A DNA stretch of 64,000 nt from a virus (lineage: Duplodnaviria > Caudoviricetes): positions 1 through 64,000 of IMG/VR virus record IMGVR_UViG_3300012018_000002, one strand, 5' to 3'. The notes below the pieces were generated by a model. That model ran no database searches and was not told the DNA's origin. It saw nothing but the letters and a program-made list of their open reading frames with translations. Of this stretch, positions 49,254 to 57,539 are shown in pieces; within the stretch, counting starts at the first letter, position 1, and every line of letters begins with the position of its first letter. A program made the position numbers and the translations under genes.

Positions 49254-49301
49254 GAGTTAGACATTTATATGTTTCATCTATTTAAGGCTCATCAGTAACT
49301 C
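49254..49301 (-). ncRNA. Type I hammerhead ribozyme
   Basis: GAGTTA-CTGATGA-[GCCT TAAAT AGAT]-GAAA-CAT ATAA ATG-TC|TAACTC: full core, perfect stems I and III, weak stem II. Confidence 0.7.
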
Positions 49302-50237
49302 TTGTAATAAAAAACTTTGATACTACTCCCATTTAATAGTAGTTCTCACCTCATTGGGATTATTACAGGTCACAGACGGATTTACCGTCTCACTGCATAA
49401 CATCAAAGTTTTTATAATTGTAATAAAAAGGTCTATTGTAATACTAAAAGGAGTTGATGAAAATCCTCTACCACATTTTACAGCATAACATGATATGTTG
49501 TGTATTGGTATTACAACTGCTCACCCTTGGGAGACTGATTAAATCTAAACATGTAGTTACTCAGGACAGTTTTTCCAATTAGAGGTTGCAATCTCTACAG
49601 GAAGTTTGAGGGCAAACTGACAAACCTTATTCACTCTTTCATCCGAGTTTAGGCATCTATTGTAATAATTATCCAATGACTACATGGACTGTCTGTTTAC
49701 TATTTCTAGTTACAATTATTACAATAGACCTAAACCTGATAATACTCTTAGCTATTATACCCCTATTTCAGGATAGCTTATCGGAGATATATCAGACCCA
49801 ATAGAATAGCTAATCTTTAATAGCGTGTATTGTTACATCTACTGTATTAGCTATTTATTGTGCACTCTTTAAAGAATAAATTAAAATAAGAACCTTCATT
49901 TTTCTCGACTAATAGCTATTCTTAATTCGCTAAGTCTCCCAACTATGAGTAAAGGATACTCTCACGTCGTGGAATTTAAAAATACATATTACATATAAAA
50001 ATGAATATTCATGTGGCATTCCTATAAGGAAGTGCAATACCACACCACTTAGGAGACAGCAGATTTTTTAATAATCCTGTTTTCGTGATTTATATTTATC
50101 CCTTTCGGGTCTCCACTTGTCTACACCATTGCAATGGCTGAATTAATAGTTCATAATAATAAAAGGTAAAAACGAATATAGCAAAACACCTATCTATCAT
50201 CCTTTTAGCAAGGTTGAGTCATTGATAGGCGTTTATG

Positions 50238-50660
50238 TCAATATAATACGATGTTGTTTATTGTGTATAAATGAGTTGAAAATGTATCATCAGTTATAAC
50301 CCAAAGAGCAATAGTCTCTTCATTTGTATCATCTTTTTGTCTAAATGATACTTCGTTATTAATTATTTGATTATTAAATTTTCTTGTAAGTTCATGCCTA
50401 ATGATACCTTTTATTAGATTACATTCTTCATCCAACACAACACATGGTTTATTATGAAAGTTATTAAATATGAAAGAGGTAAGTTTATATTCAATATCAC
50501 ATTGTTTATTAACAAATGTAAATCTATCTTTACTAGTTAACTTTTTAAATAACTTATTACAATCAGGATTATCATAAAGAAACCTGTTAAATTTCATGTT
50601 GGTATTAAACTCTTCTATGATATTATCAATAGACTGAGGTATTATTTCACTTATGAACAT
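50238..50660 (-). CDS. Hypothetical phage protein
   Basis: 140-aa ORF. Confidence 0.6.
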   Translation of the reverse strand: MFISEIIPQSIDNIIEEFNTNMKFNRFLYDNPDCNKLFKKLTSKDRFTFVNKQCDIEYKLTSFIFNNFHNKPCVVLDEECNLIKGIIRHELTRKFNNQIINNEVSFRQKDDTNEETIALWVITDDTFSTHLYTINNIVLY

Positions 50661-51249
50661 AATGCTATATTTATATGGTTAATTGAATTTGATGTTAAAT
50701 GAAATATGAGTAAAAATGATAGTAGAGAAAACTGCTCTTCATTTCTACTCATAATCTCCTGACTATCATTTACTTAAATAATAATCATACAAGTCATACT
50801 CTGACTTATAAAAGCTTAATTTATTCATGATAATATATTGAGGTGAATTAATTCAGATACAAAGTAAGCAGATATACTATAAAAGAGTAGTAATAATACA
50901 ATGCTTTCTTTCTAGGACATTATACTTCTTACTACTCTACACATAGAATAACAACTTTAGCAATGTTACCAACTAAAGCAAGTTCAGAGTTAAACTCTTA
51001 ATAATGTATTCGAGAATTTCTATACTAGTCTAATTTATATAGCATAAACTGGAATACATTATTAAAAGTAGAGCATGAATAACATACTCTACTAACCCTA
51101 ACCATATAACAACCAATTAGTTAGCTGTAGCTCATGACCTGAAGGTGGGAAACTACAGCACACAAGGCACAACCCTTGTATTAATATCTTAAAAGCTAGT
51201 GTAGACTTGAGGAGTTAGTCTACATCTAGCAATATGCGCTTTCTGGTTG

Positions 51250-51582
51250 TTAAGCCAGAAGTCCTGTAAGGTTTTTAACCACGTTTGTTTCTCTGTGGTT
51301 GATGAGACAAGCATCTTCCATTTTGTCATCTTCCCAAAGAAAGTCAAGAGGTTTGTCATAGTCGATGTTGTTTTCAACTTTGAACTTACCAACGTTGGTT
51401 GCGAGAAACAGTTTGCCATTTTGCGGGTTCTTAACAACTTCCATTGTGTTAATCCCAAGCTTAGCGGCGAAGCTTTTGTAGTTCATTGAATTTTTTGCCA
51501 TAAGATAAAGCGGGGTGTTCCCCGCTAGTTTTTCAACGTAGTCCCCTTGATTGAGATGGTCTATACCCTCACAAATTTTCAA
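51250..51582 (-). CDS. Hypothetical early protein (true start probably internal ATG)
   Basis: First minus-strand ORF after the strand switch; V.KNP.NGKLF. Confidence 0.55.
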   Translation of the reverse strand: MKICEGIDHLNQGDYVEKLAGNTPLYLMAKNSMNYKSFAAKLGINTMEVVKNPQNGKLFLATNVGKFKVENNIDYDKPLDFLWEDDKMEDACLINHRETNVVKNLTGLLA

Positions 51583-51730
51583 AAAAATTTTTTAGTAGAA
51601 AATATTTATCATATTAACTATTTTTAACATTTATAATGGAAAATATTTTTACCAGGATTTACTACTTTGTTCATGATATTTACCAAATGCTATATTGTAT
51701 ACAAAAGCTAACATTCTATACATTTATACT

Positions 51731-51740
51731 TGTAAAGGTA
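51731..51740 (-). promoter_or_regulatory. Bacteroidota-type -7 promoter box (leftward)
   Basis: Minus strand TACCTTTACA. Confidence 0.4.
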
Positions 51741-51879
51741 TAACCTTACTTTAATAAAGAATTGTCAGGTCATAACCTTATTCTGTATACTCTATTAGAC
51801 ACTTTGAATTACAAAGGTTAAAAAGTGTTAAAGTTTTCCTAATAAGACCAAAACATGCAAAAGTGTCAAAAACTTTTTG

Positions 51880-51889
51880 TATGTTTGCA
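51880..51889 (+). promoter_or_regulatory. Bacteroidota sigma-A -7 promoter box (rightward)
   Basis: TATGTTTGCA matches TAnnTTTG. Confidence 0.5.
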
Positions 51890-52212
51890 ATCGAAAGACA
51901 TGAACCCATGTATCCCCTCCGAGGGCGTAAGTAATTAGGAGGGCAGACAGAGGATTGGGTGGTTTAAGAATTTAAGAATGAAAAAGTGTCAACATTGTAA
52001 AGCTTTAAAAGCTGCTATTTTATACTTAAATGCTCATATTGACTGAGACATACTTACCATTGTTTTCTCCTCTACTTTCAAAAGTGAGAATATAGGGATT
52101 TGGGGTGGAATAAAGCTTAAAGGGTGATAGGCTCCACAGAGGGTGTAATCGAACAGCAAGTCCTGAAAGTTCAAATGAAAAAGTAAACTGTAAAAACGGT
52201 AGGGGATTTTCT

Positions 52213-52599
52213 ATGGTAAAAAGAAACATAATTCAAATCCCTCTTTTCCAAGGGGAAGTTGAAGTTTATACTAACAAGAAGAAAATGTTAGATAGACTAT
52301 TGGAAATAGGTTTGGTTAGAAAACTGAAAAAAGAAAAGACTGAAAAGTTCTTAGAATTGTTAGAGGGGGTAGTTTATTATGAGACAAAAACAGACCTTAT
52401 AATAATAGTATATTTACCTTCAAAATATAATGATATAACAACTTCTCATGAGGTTATTCATATCATTACTACTTTTTATAAGTATTATGATTTACCTGCT
52501 CCAAAGGAAGGTAAAGATGAAATATTTGCAAGATACCATGATTACTTCATGAGTGAAATAAAAAGTAAGATATATCGTATTCAGGATAAAACTGAATAA
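52213..52599 (+). CDS. Hypothetical protein with HExxH motif
   Basis: SHEVIH...E. Confidence 0.6.
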   Translation: MVKRNIIQIPLFQGEVEVYTNKKKMLDRLLEIGLVRKLKKEKTEKFLELLEGVVYYETKTDLIIIVYLPSKYNDITTSHEVIHIITTFYKYYDLPAPKEGKDEIFARYHDYFMSEIKSKIYRIQDKTE

Positions 52600-52624
52600 A
52601 TCATTCATTAAATAAATTAATTAA

Positions 52625-52634
52625 TATCTTTACA
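52625..52634 (+). promoter_or_regulatory. -7 box-like motif
   Basis: TATCTTTACA, identical to 63260-63269. Confidence 0.4.
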
Positions 52635-52637
52635 TCA

Positions 52638-53045
52638 ATGATTCCAGTAATAAAAGATGAATATAAAGTAGAGGAAAAAGAGTTCTATAGAATTTACTTT
52701 AACATCTTCAATATAAAATTAGATAAAAAGTTAACCCCACAAGAGATAGAGGTTTTAGCAATATTATGTAGTAAACCAATGAATTTCTATTTAGACAGTA
52801 AAAGGGCAGCAAATCACAAAAGTAGAAAATATGAGATAGCTGAAGAATTAGGAGTTAACAAAACAGTAATTTATGGGTTCTTAAATGGACTAGTTTCAAA
52901 AGGATTACTGATAAAAAAATCAGACGACTTTATGGAGTTACCACAAGGTATACAAACATTAAGGTCAGCAATAAAAAGTAATATAAAACAAAATCCTAAA
53001 AAAGAGTTTGTTTTTGATTATACATTTAATTTCACAGTAAAATGA
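52638..53045 (+). CDS. Winged HTH DNA-binding protein
   Basis: LTPQEIEVL...EIAEELGVNKTVIY..LN.LV.KGLL. Confidence 0.7.
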   Translation: MIPVIKDEYKVEEKEFYRIYFNIFNIKLDKKLTPQEIEVLAILCSKPMNFYLDSKRAANHKSRKYEIAEELGVNKTVIYGFLNGLVSKGLLIKKSDDFMELPQGIQTLRSAIKSNIKQNPKKEFVFDYTFNFTVK

Positions 53046-53257
53046 TAATTGATAAAATAGATGAAGCTATAAAAGGATGGAGAAAAAAAGTTAATGCAGA
53101 CACTACTGATTTAACACCATCTTTTTTAATCCTTGACAGAGTATCTTACGCAGCCTTGCTTGATGCAAGAGGAATGGAAGAAGAAGACATTACTGAATAT
53201 GCAGGAATGATAATTCATATAGAACCTAAAGATGAAGGAAAAGTCGAGTGCATTTAA
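53042..53257 (+). CDS. Hypothetical phage protein
   Basis: 71-aa ORF with overlaps. Confidence 0.6.
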   Translation: MIIDKIDEAIKGWRKKVNADTTDLTPSFLILDRVSYAALLDARGMEEEDITEYAGMIIHIEPKDEGKVECI

Positions 53258-53735
53258 AGTAGAACATATGAATCCCTGGATGATGGGTGCAGTAGATACA
53301 AATAGGTGTGGAGAGTTAAAGTTTTTTGAAGGAAGTAAAGAACTAGACCCTGATGATGTTAACTTGTGGGATAAGGTAGATTCTAGTGTTTGGATTGAAG
53401 CTTATGATAAATCTGGTGAAAATATGCCTAATTATATGAAAGATTTATATCAAGCAGGTCTACCTAAAATAGCAATGACAGGAAAAAAAGCAGGTAAAGT
53501 TATCGTTTATGGAACTAGTGGAGACATGGACAAACATTCAAACTTTAAAGACCTATTTTACAATCCAGGACTAAGACAACAATTAAATAACAATGGCTAT
53601 TTTATTTCAGGAGCTAGTAGAAAAGGTAAGCAAGAAAACAGGTTATTCAGAACAATTAGTAAAGCTTTGTATAAGGCACAAGTTTTCCTGGTTAAGACAA
53701 CAAATGACATCTTCAGAAGAAGTCGCAATCTTTGA
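53232..53735 (+). CDS. Small protein resembling a fragment of the terminase ATPase domain
   Basis: GKVIVYGTSGDM...FKDLFYNP versus TerL GIAIIYGTGGDM...FSEMFYNP. Confidence 0.55.
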   Translation: MKEKSSAFKVEHMNPWMMGAVDTNRCGELKFFEGSKELDPDDVNLWDKVDSSVWIEAYDKSGENMPNYMKDLYQAGLPKIAMTGKKAGKVIVYGTSGDMDKHSNFKDLFYNPGLRQQLNNNGYFISGASRKGKQENRLFRTISKALYKAQVFLVKTTNDIFRRSRNL

Positions 53736-53865
53736 CCAGTTTTGGGGAACTTATCAACTATCTGAAAAAAGAATTTACAACTATCTTAAAAGACATCCAG
53801 AGGATGAATATTTTAAAGAATTATTCCAGAAAATAAAACAACACAATAAATCACGAAAAAAATGA
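53593..53865 (+). CDS. HU/IHF-like DNA-binding protein
   Basis: ELVEKVSKKTGYSEQLVK, E.V....WGTY. Confidence 0.65.
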   Translation: MAILFQELVEKVSKKTGYSEQLVKLCIRHKFSWLRQQMTSSEEVAIFDQFWGTYQLSEKRIYNYLKRHPEDEYFKELFQKIKQHNKSRKK

Positions 53866-54431
53866 GTGAAATAATGAATGAAGATATTTCTTCAAAAAAC
53901 TATGATGAATTCGACTTTCCAGAAGGGTCAGAAAAAGAGCAAGAATATTTAAGAAAAAAACAAGAAGAAGTAGATACTTACAATCGAGAAATTACTAATT
54001 TCCATCCTTTTCTGAAAGAAAGAAAGTTTGTAGAAGGGAATATAATCGTAAGGTTATTTAAAATGGACATGGTAAAAGAGATAGAAGTAATGGGACAAAC
54101 ATCTCTTATTAGAGCTTACTCTAAAATGAAAGTTCCTAATGGTCATGATGAACATGGTAAAGAAAAATTCAAACATGTAGAAAATTTATTACCATATAAA
54201 TTTGAAGGTGTAATTGCAGGATTTGATACTAGTTTAGACAAACCATTCTTAAAAAAAGATTTAAAGGTTCAGTTATCTCCTTTTAACATTTTGGATTATA
54301 TTTATTATCCTGATAGAGAAAAAGAAGATGAACCTTGGACTGCTGAAGATGTAAAAAGAGGAAAAAATGTTTTACCTAATTTTGAAGGTTATGTTAAGAT
54401 TAGAGCAAACATGATAGAGAGTTATGAATAA
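53862..54431 (+). CDS. Possible enlarged GroES-like co-chaperonin
   Basis: NIIVR, G.IAG...LK...KV pattern; overlaps the GroEL start. Confidence 0.4.
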   Translation: MSEIMNEDISSKNYDEFDFPEGSEKEQEYLRKKQEEVDTYNREITNFHPFLKERKFVEGNIIVRLFKMDMVKEIEVMGQTSLIRAYSKMKVPNGHDEHGKEKFKHVENLLPYKFEGVIAGFDTSLDKPFLKKDLKVQLSPFNILDYIYYPDREKEDEPWTAEDVKRGKNVLPNFEGYVKIRANMIESYE

Positions 54432-55953
54432 AATAATCGTATTCAATCAAGAAGCAAAACAAGCTTTAAAAAGAGGAATAGACAGTCTTGCTAATGCAGT
54501 AAGAGTTACTCTTGGACCAGAAGGTAAGACTGTCATTCTTGCTTCTTATAAAGATAATAAAGCCACTATTACTAAAGATGGTGTGTCAGTAGCAAGACAA
54601 GTGTTCTTAAAAGACCCAGTAGAAAATGCAGCAGCTCAAATAGTTAAAGAGGTAGCTAATAAAACAGCAGAAGATGCTGGAGATGGAACTACCACAGCTA
54701 CTGTTTTAGCACAAGCTTTAATAACTAATTGTATTGATAAGAATTTAACAAGTAAGTTTTTTAAGCAGCTTTTAGAAGATAAAGATGCAGTAATTGAAAA
54801 TATTAAATCTCAATCTAAAAAAATATCTTCTGAAGATACTGTTTCACTGATTAATGTTGCTTCTATATCTGCTAACAATGATAAAGAGATTGGTAAGCTA
54901 GTAGCAGAAGCAATACAAAAAACAGGTAAACATGGAATAGTAACTGCAGAAGAAGGAGATTCTTTTGAGACAAAAATAGTTCTTAAAAAAGGTTTGAATT
55001 TTGAATCTGGTTTTATATCTCCATTATTTATTAATGATACAGATAAGTTAGAATGTGAACTAAGTAACTGTTGTATCTTTATGTATGATGAAGAGTTAAC
55101 TAGAATTGAAGATGTATTACCTCAAATTAGATTTGCAAATGCAAGAAAAAAATCACTGCTGGTAGTTGCACCAGATATACACGGTGATGCATTAAGTGTT
55201 CTTTTAAGTCAGAAAAACCAAGGTTTTAAATGTGCTGCAGTTAAATCACCTAGTTTTGGTGAATATAGAAAATCATTAATGGTAGACATAGCAACATTAA
55301 CTGGTGGTGTAGTTGTTGAATCTCAAAAAAGAGTTAACTTTACTGAACTTTTAGAATCTCATTATGGTTTTGCTGAAAGAGTAATAATCACTAAAGATGA
55401 AACTACAATAGTTGAAGGTAAAGGAAAAACAGAAAAAATAGAGCAAAGAGTAAATCAACTAGAAAAGCAAATTGAGAATACTGGTAATGAATATGAAGTA
55501 AGAATAATGAAAGAAAGAATAGCTAAACTTCAAGGTGGTATTGCTGTAATTAAAGTTGGTGGTTATTCTGAAATTGAGATAAAAGAAAAGAAAGATAGAA
55601 TAGAAGATGCTATCTTTGCAGTTAAAGCAGCTTTATTAGAAGGTATTGTAGAAGGTGGTGGTATTGCTTATTTAAGAGCAAAAGACCTTTGTAAGACAAA
55701 AGAATTACAAGAAGCTCTTTCTACACCATTTGTTCAAATAATGACAAATGCTGGTACATTAGATATTCCTGCTTTACAAAACAATATAGTTCAAAAATAT
55801 ATTCCTGGTATTAATGCTAAAACAGGAAAGATAGTAAACATGTATGATGAAGGAATCATAGACCCATTAAAAGTAACAAGAGTAGCCTTAGAGAATGCAG
55901 TAAGTATTGCTGTAACTTTCTTAACTACTGAATGTATAATTGTAGATGAATAA
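54424..55953 (+). CDS. groEL: Phage chaperonin GroEL
   Basis: VTLGP.G, ITKDGVSVA, AGDGTTTATVLA, ERIAKL.GG.AVIKVG, GIIDP.KVTR.ALENA.S. Confidence 0.96.
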   Translation: MNKIIVFNQEAKQALKRGIDSLANAVRVTLGPEGKTVILASYKDNKATITKDGVSVARQVFLKDPVENAAAQIVKEVANKTAEDAGDGTTTATVLAQALITNCIDKNLTSKFFKQLLEDKDAVIENIKSQSKKISSEDTVSLINVASISANNDKEIGKLVAEAIQKTGKHGIVTAEEGDSFETKIVLKKGLNFESGFISPLFINDTDKLECELSNCCIFMYDEELTRIEDVLPQIRFANARKKSLLVVAPDIHGDALSVLLSQKNQGFKCAAVKSPSFGEYRKSLMVDIATLTGGVVVESQKRVNFTELLESHYGFAERVIITKDETTIVEGKGKTEKIEQRVNQLEKQIENTGNEYEVRIMKERIAKLQGGIAVIKVGGYSEIEIKEKKDRIEDAIFAVKAALLEGIVEGGGIAYLRAKDLCKTKELQEALSTPFVQIMTNAGTLDIPALQNNIVQKYIPGINAKTGKIVNMYDEGIIDPLKVTRVALENAVSIAVTFLTTECIIVDE

Positions 55954-55969
55954 AGAAGAATTTTAATAT

Positions 55970-56045
55970 TGCGAGTGGGTGAAATGGATTAATCATTCTA
56001 GGCTCATAACCTACGAGATAATGGGTTCGATTCCCATACTCGCTA
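55970..56045 (+). tRNA. tRNA-Met(CAU)
   Basis: TAGG-CTCATAA-CCTA, ATGGG-TTCGATT-CCCAT; 1:72 mismatch. Confidence 0.85.
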
Positions 56046-56049
56046 CATT

Positions 56050-56194
56050 GCAAAGAGATAGCTAACAAATAGACATTGGAGGTTTCCAGTTATTGATAAA
56101 ATTTGGAATCTGCTATCTCACATACATTGACTCATTGGCGTGATAAGTGGTCTCCAAAACCATGATTTGCAGGTTCGACTCCTGCTCTCTGTGC
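56050..56194 (+). tRNA. tRNA-Trp(CCA)-like gene with ~65-nt insertion in the 5' half (pseudo or non-canonical)
   Basis: GTGGT-CTCCAAA-ACCAT, GCAGG-TTCGACT-CCTGC; partner acceptor strand GCAAAGAGA lies about 80 nt upstream of the D-loop. Confidence 0.55.
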
Positions 56195-56208
56195 TAAATT
56201 AAAAAACT

Positions 56209-56364
56209 ATGGATGAAATAAAAACAAAACTATTGCAACAATTACATCGTGCAATAGAAAGTCTTGAAGGTCAAGATATTAACAATATTGAAGATGTAAA
56301 AAATTTTATGTTTATTATACAACAATCTAGTCAAATTATTAGTGTAATAAATAATTTAAACTAA
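56209..56364 (+). CDS. Small hypothetical protein (51 aa)
   Basis: MDEIKTKLLQQLHRAIESLEGQ...; fills a gap in the tRNA cluster. Confidence 0.5.
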   Translation: MDEIKTKLLQQLHRAIESLEGQDINNIEDVKNFMFIIQQSSQIISVINNLN

Positions 56365-56438
56365 GTGGTGTTTGAAAGAGTTACTTCAACTTTTCTGAAC
56401 AGAGTTACCAAATAAACTCTTTCTATTTTTCCCTTAGT
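56360..56438 (+). ncRNA. Short Y RNA-like element (copy 5) in the late tRNA cluster
   Basis: ACTAAGTGGTG..GAAAGAGTTACTTC...AACTCTTTC..TTTTCCCTTAGT. Confidence 0.7.
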
Positions 56439-56442
56439 ATTT

Positions 56443-56515
56443 AGTTCTGTAGCCCAACGGAAGAGGCACATGCCTTAGGAGCATGATAGTAAGAGTTCGA
56501 GTCTCTTTAGAACTA
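56443..56515 (+). tRNA. tRNA-Leu(UAG) with short variable loop
   Basis: CATGC-CTTAGGA-GCATG, AAGAG-TTCGAGT-CTCTT. Confidence 0.85.
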
Positions 56516-56520
56516 CAATT

Positions 56521-56591
56521 ATCCTTTTAGTTCAATGGAAGAACGCCATCTTTACATGGTGGTTAAAGAGGTTCGATTCCTTTAAAGGATA
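56521..56591 (+). tRNA. tRNA-Val(UAC)
   Basis: ATCCTTT/AAAGGAT, CCATC-TTTACAT-GGTGG. Confidence 0.88.
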
Positions 56592-56597
56592 CTAAAT

Positions 56598-56679
56598 TGA
56601 GTGGTAGACAAGCTGGAAAAATCAAGTGTCTGTAAAACATGCGTCTTTGACTATGGGGGTTCGAGTCCCTCTCACTCAA
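56598..56679 (+). tRNA. tRNA-Tyr(GUA)
   Basis: GTGT-CTGTAAA-ACAT, long variable arm, TTCGAGT T-loop. Confidence 0.82.
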
Positions 56680-56764
56680 CAAATAAAACTCACGCTACTG
56701 AAGCCTCCTATATGGTGCTCTTAAGTGAAAGTAAATAGCTGTAGAATAGCGGAGTTTTTTATCA

Positions 56765-56837
56765 GCCAATTAAGCTTTGCTCGGTGAAGTCCTCACTTGT
56801 AATGAGGAGGAAGTGGGTTCAAATCCTACAATTGGCA
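56765..56837 (+). tRNA. tRNA-Thr(UGU)
   Basis: GCCAATT/AATTGGC, CCTCA-CTTGTAA-TGAGG. Confidence 0.85.
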
Positions 56838-56842
56838 CAATT

Positions 56843-57232
56843 ATGATAAAACAATGTAAAATATGTGGAAAAGAATATGGTAAACTTAAATCTTATGAAA
56901 GAAAAAGAAATAAGTGTTCATCTTGTCATACAAAAATTAGAAGGTTTATAAATAAAGAAAGAGCGGTAGCTTATTTAGGAGGAAAATGTAATAGATGTGG
57001 ATATACTAATCAAGAAGCTCTTGAATTTCACCATATAGACAAGACTACAAAAGATTTTAATATAGGATGTGTTGCAAATAAATCATGGGACTCTATATTA
57101 AAAGAAATAAAAAAGTGTGAATTATTATGTTCAAACTGTCATAGAATTGAACATACAAATAGAAACTCTAAAGAATTTATAGAAGCAGTAATTGAATATA
57201 AGAAAAATATGGAAACAGGGCAGGTCTGGTGA
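56843..57232 (+). CDS. Free-standing HNH endonuclease between tRNA-Thr and tRNA-Phe
   Basis: CKIC, CSSC, CNRCG..LEFHH...CELLCSNCHR; ATG at 56843 just after tRNA-Thr. Confidence 0.85.
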   Translation: MIKQCKICGKEYGKLKSYERKRNKCSSCHTKIRRFINKERAVAYLGGKCNRCGYTNQEALEFHHIDKTTKDFNIGCVANKSWDSILKEIKKCELLCSNCHRIEHTNRNSKEFIEAVIEYKKNMETGQVW

Positions 57233-57285
57233 TATTGCGCTTGTTTGAAGAACAAGATAACTCTGTTCAATTCAGAGTGTTTCCA
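57211..57285 (+). tRNA. tRNA-Phe(GAA)
   Basis: GGAAACA/TGTTTCC, CTTGT-TTGAAGA-ACAAG, CTCTG-TTCAATT-CAGAG. Confidence 0.85.
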
Positions 57286-57352
57286 CAAAAGGGTTCATCA
57301 TTGCGATAGCAAATGGACAAGAGTTCTGACCTTCCTCTGATAAGGTCAACTA

Positions 57353-57423
57353 GCAAGTGTCGTATAATGGTAATACACTAGCCTTCCAAGCCTGTGATAT
57401 AGGTTCGATTCCTATTATTTGCT
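57353..57423 (+). tRNA. tRNA-Gly(UCC)
   Basis: GCAAGTG/TATTTGC, CTTCCAA loop, U73; weak anticodon stem. Confidence 0.8.
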
Positions 57424-57539
57424 CATGATTAAAATAGTTCCAATAGAAGAAGAATTAGAAAACAATATTTCTCGACCATACACTAAAAAACAATGGCAGA
57501 AATTTGAAGAAGAAGCTAAAAGTTATATAGATAATATAT

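Noticed and set aside
51189-51489. Overlapping ORFs 51189-51458 (-) and 51247-51489 (+)
   Set aside because: Alternate frames of 51250-51582, which has the more protein-like composition
56690-56750. Theta/HDV-like or hammerhead ribozyme after tRNA-Tyr
   Set aside because: No P1 pairing could be built and the core reads CTGAAGC rather than CTGANGA
56777-56842. N-terminal extension of the second HNH ORF
   Set aside because: It is the tRNA-Thr sequence; ATG 56843 preferred
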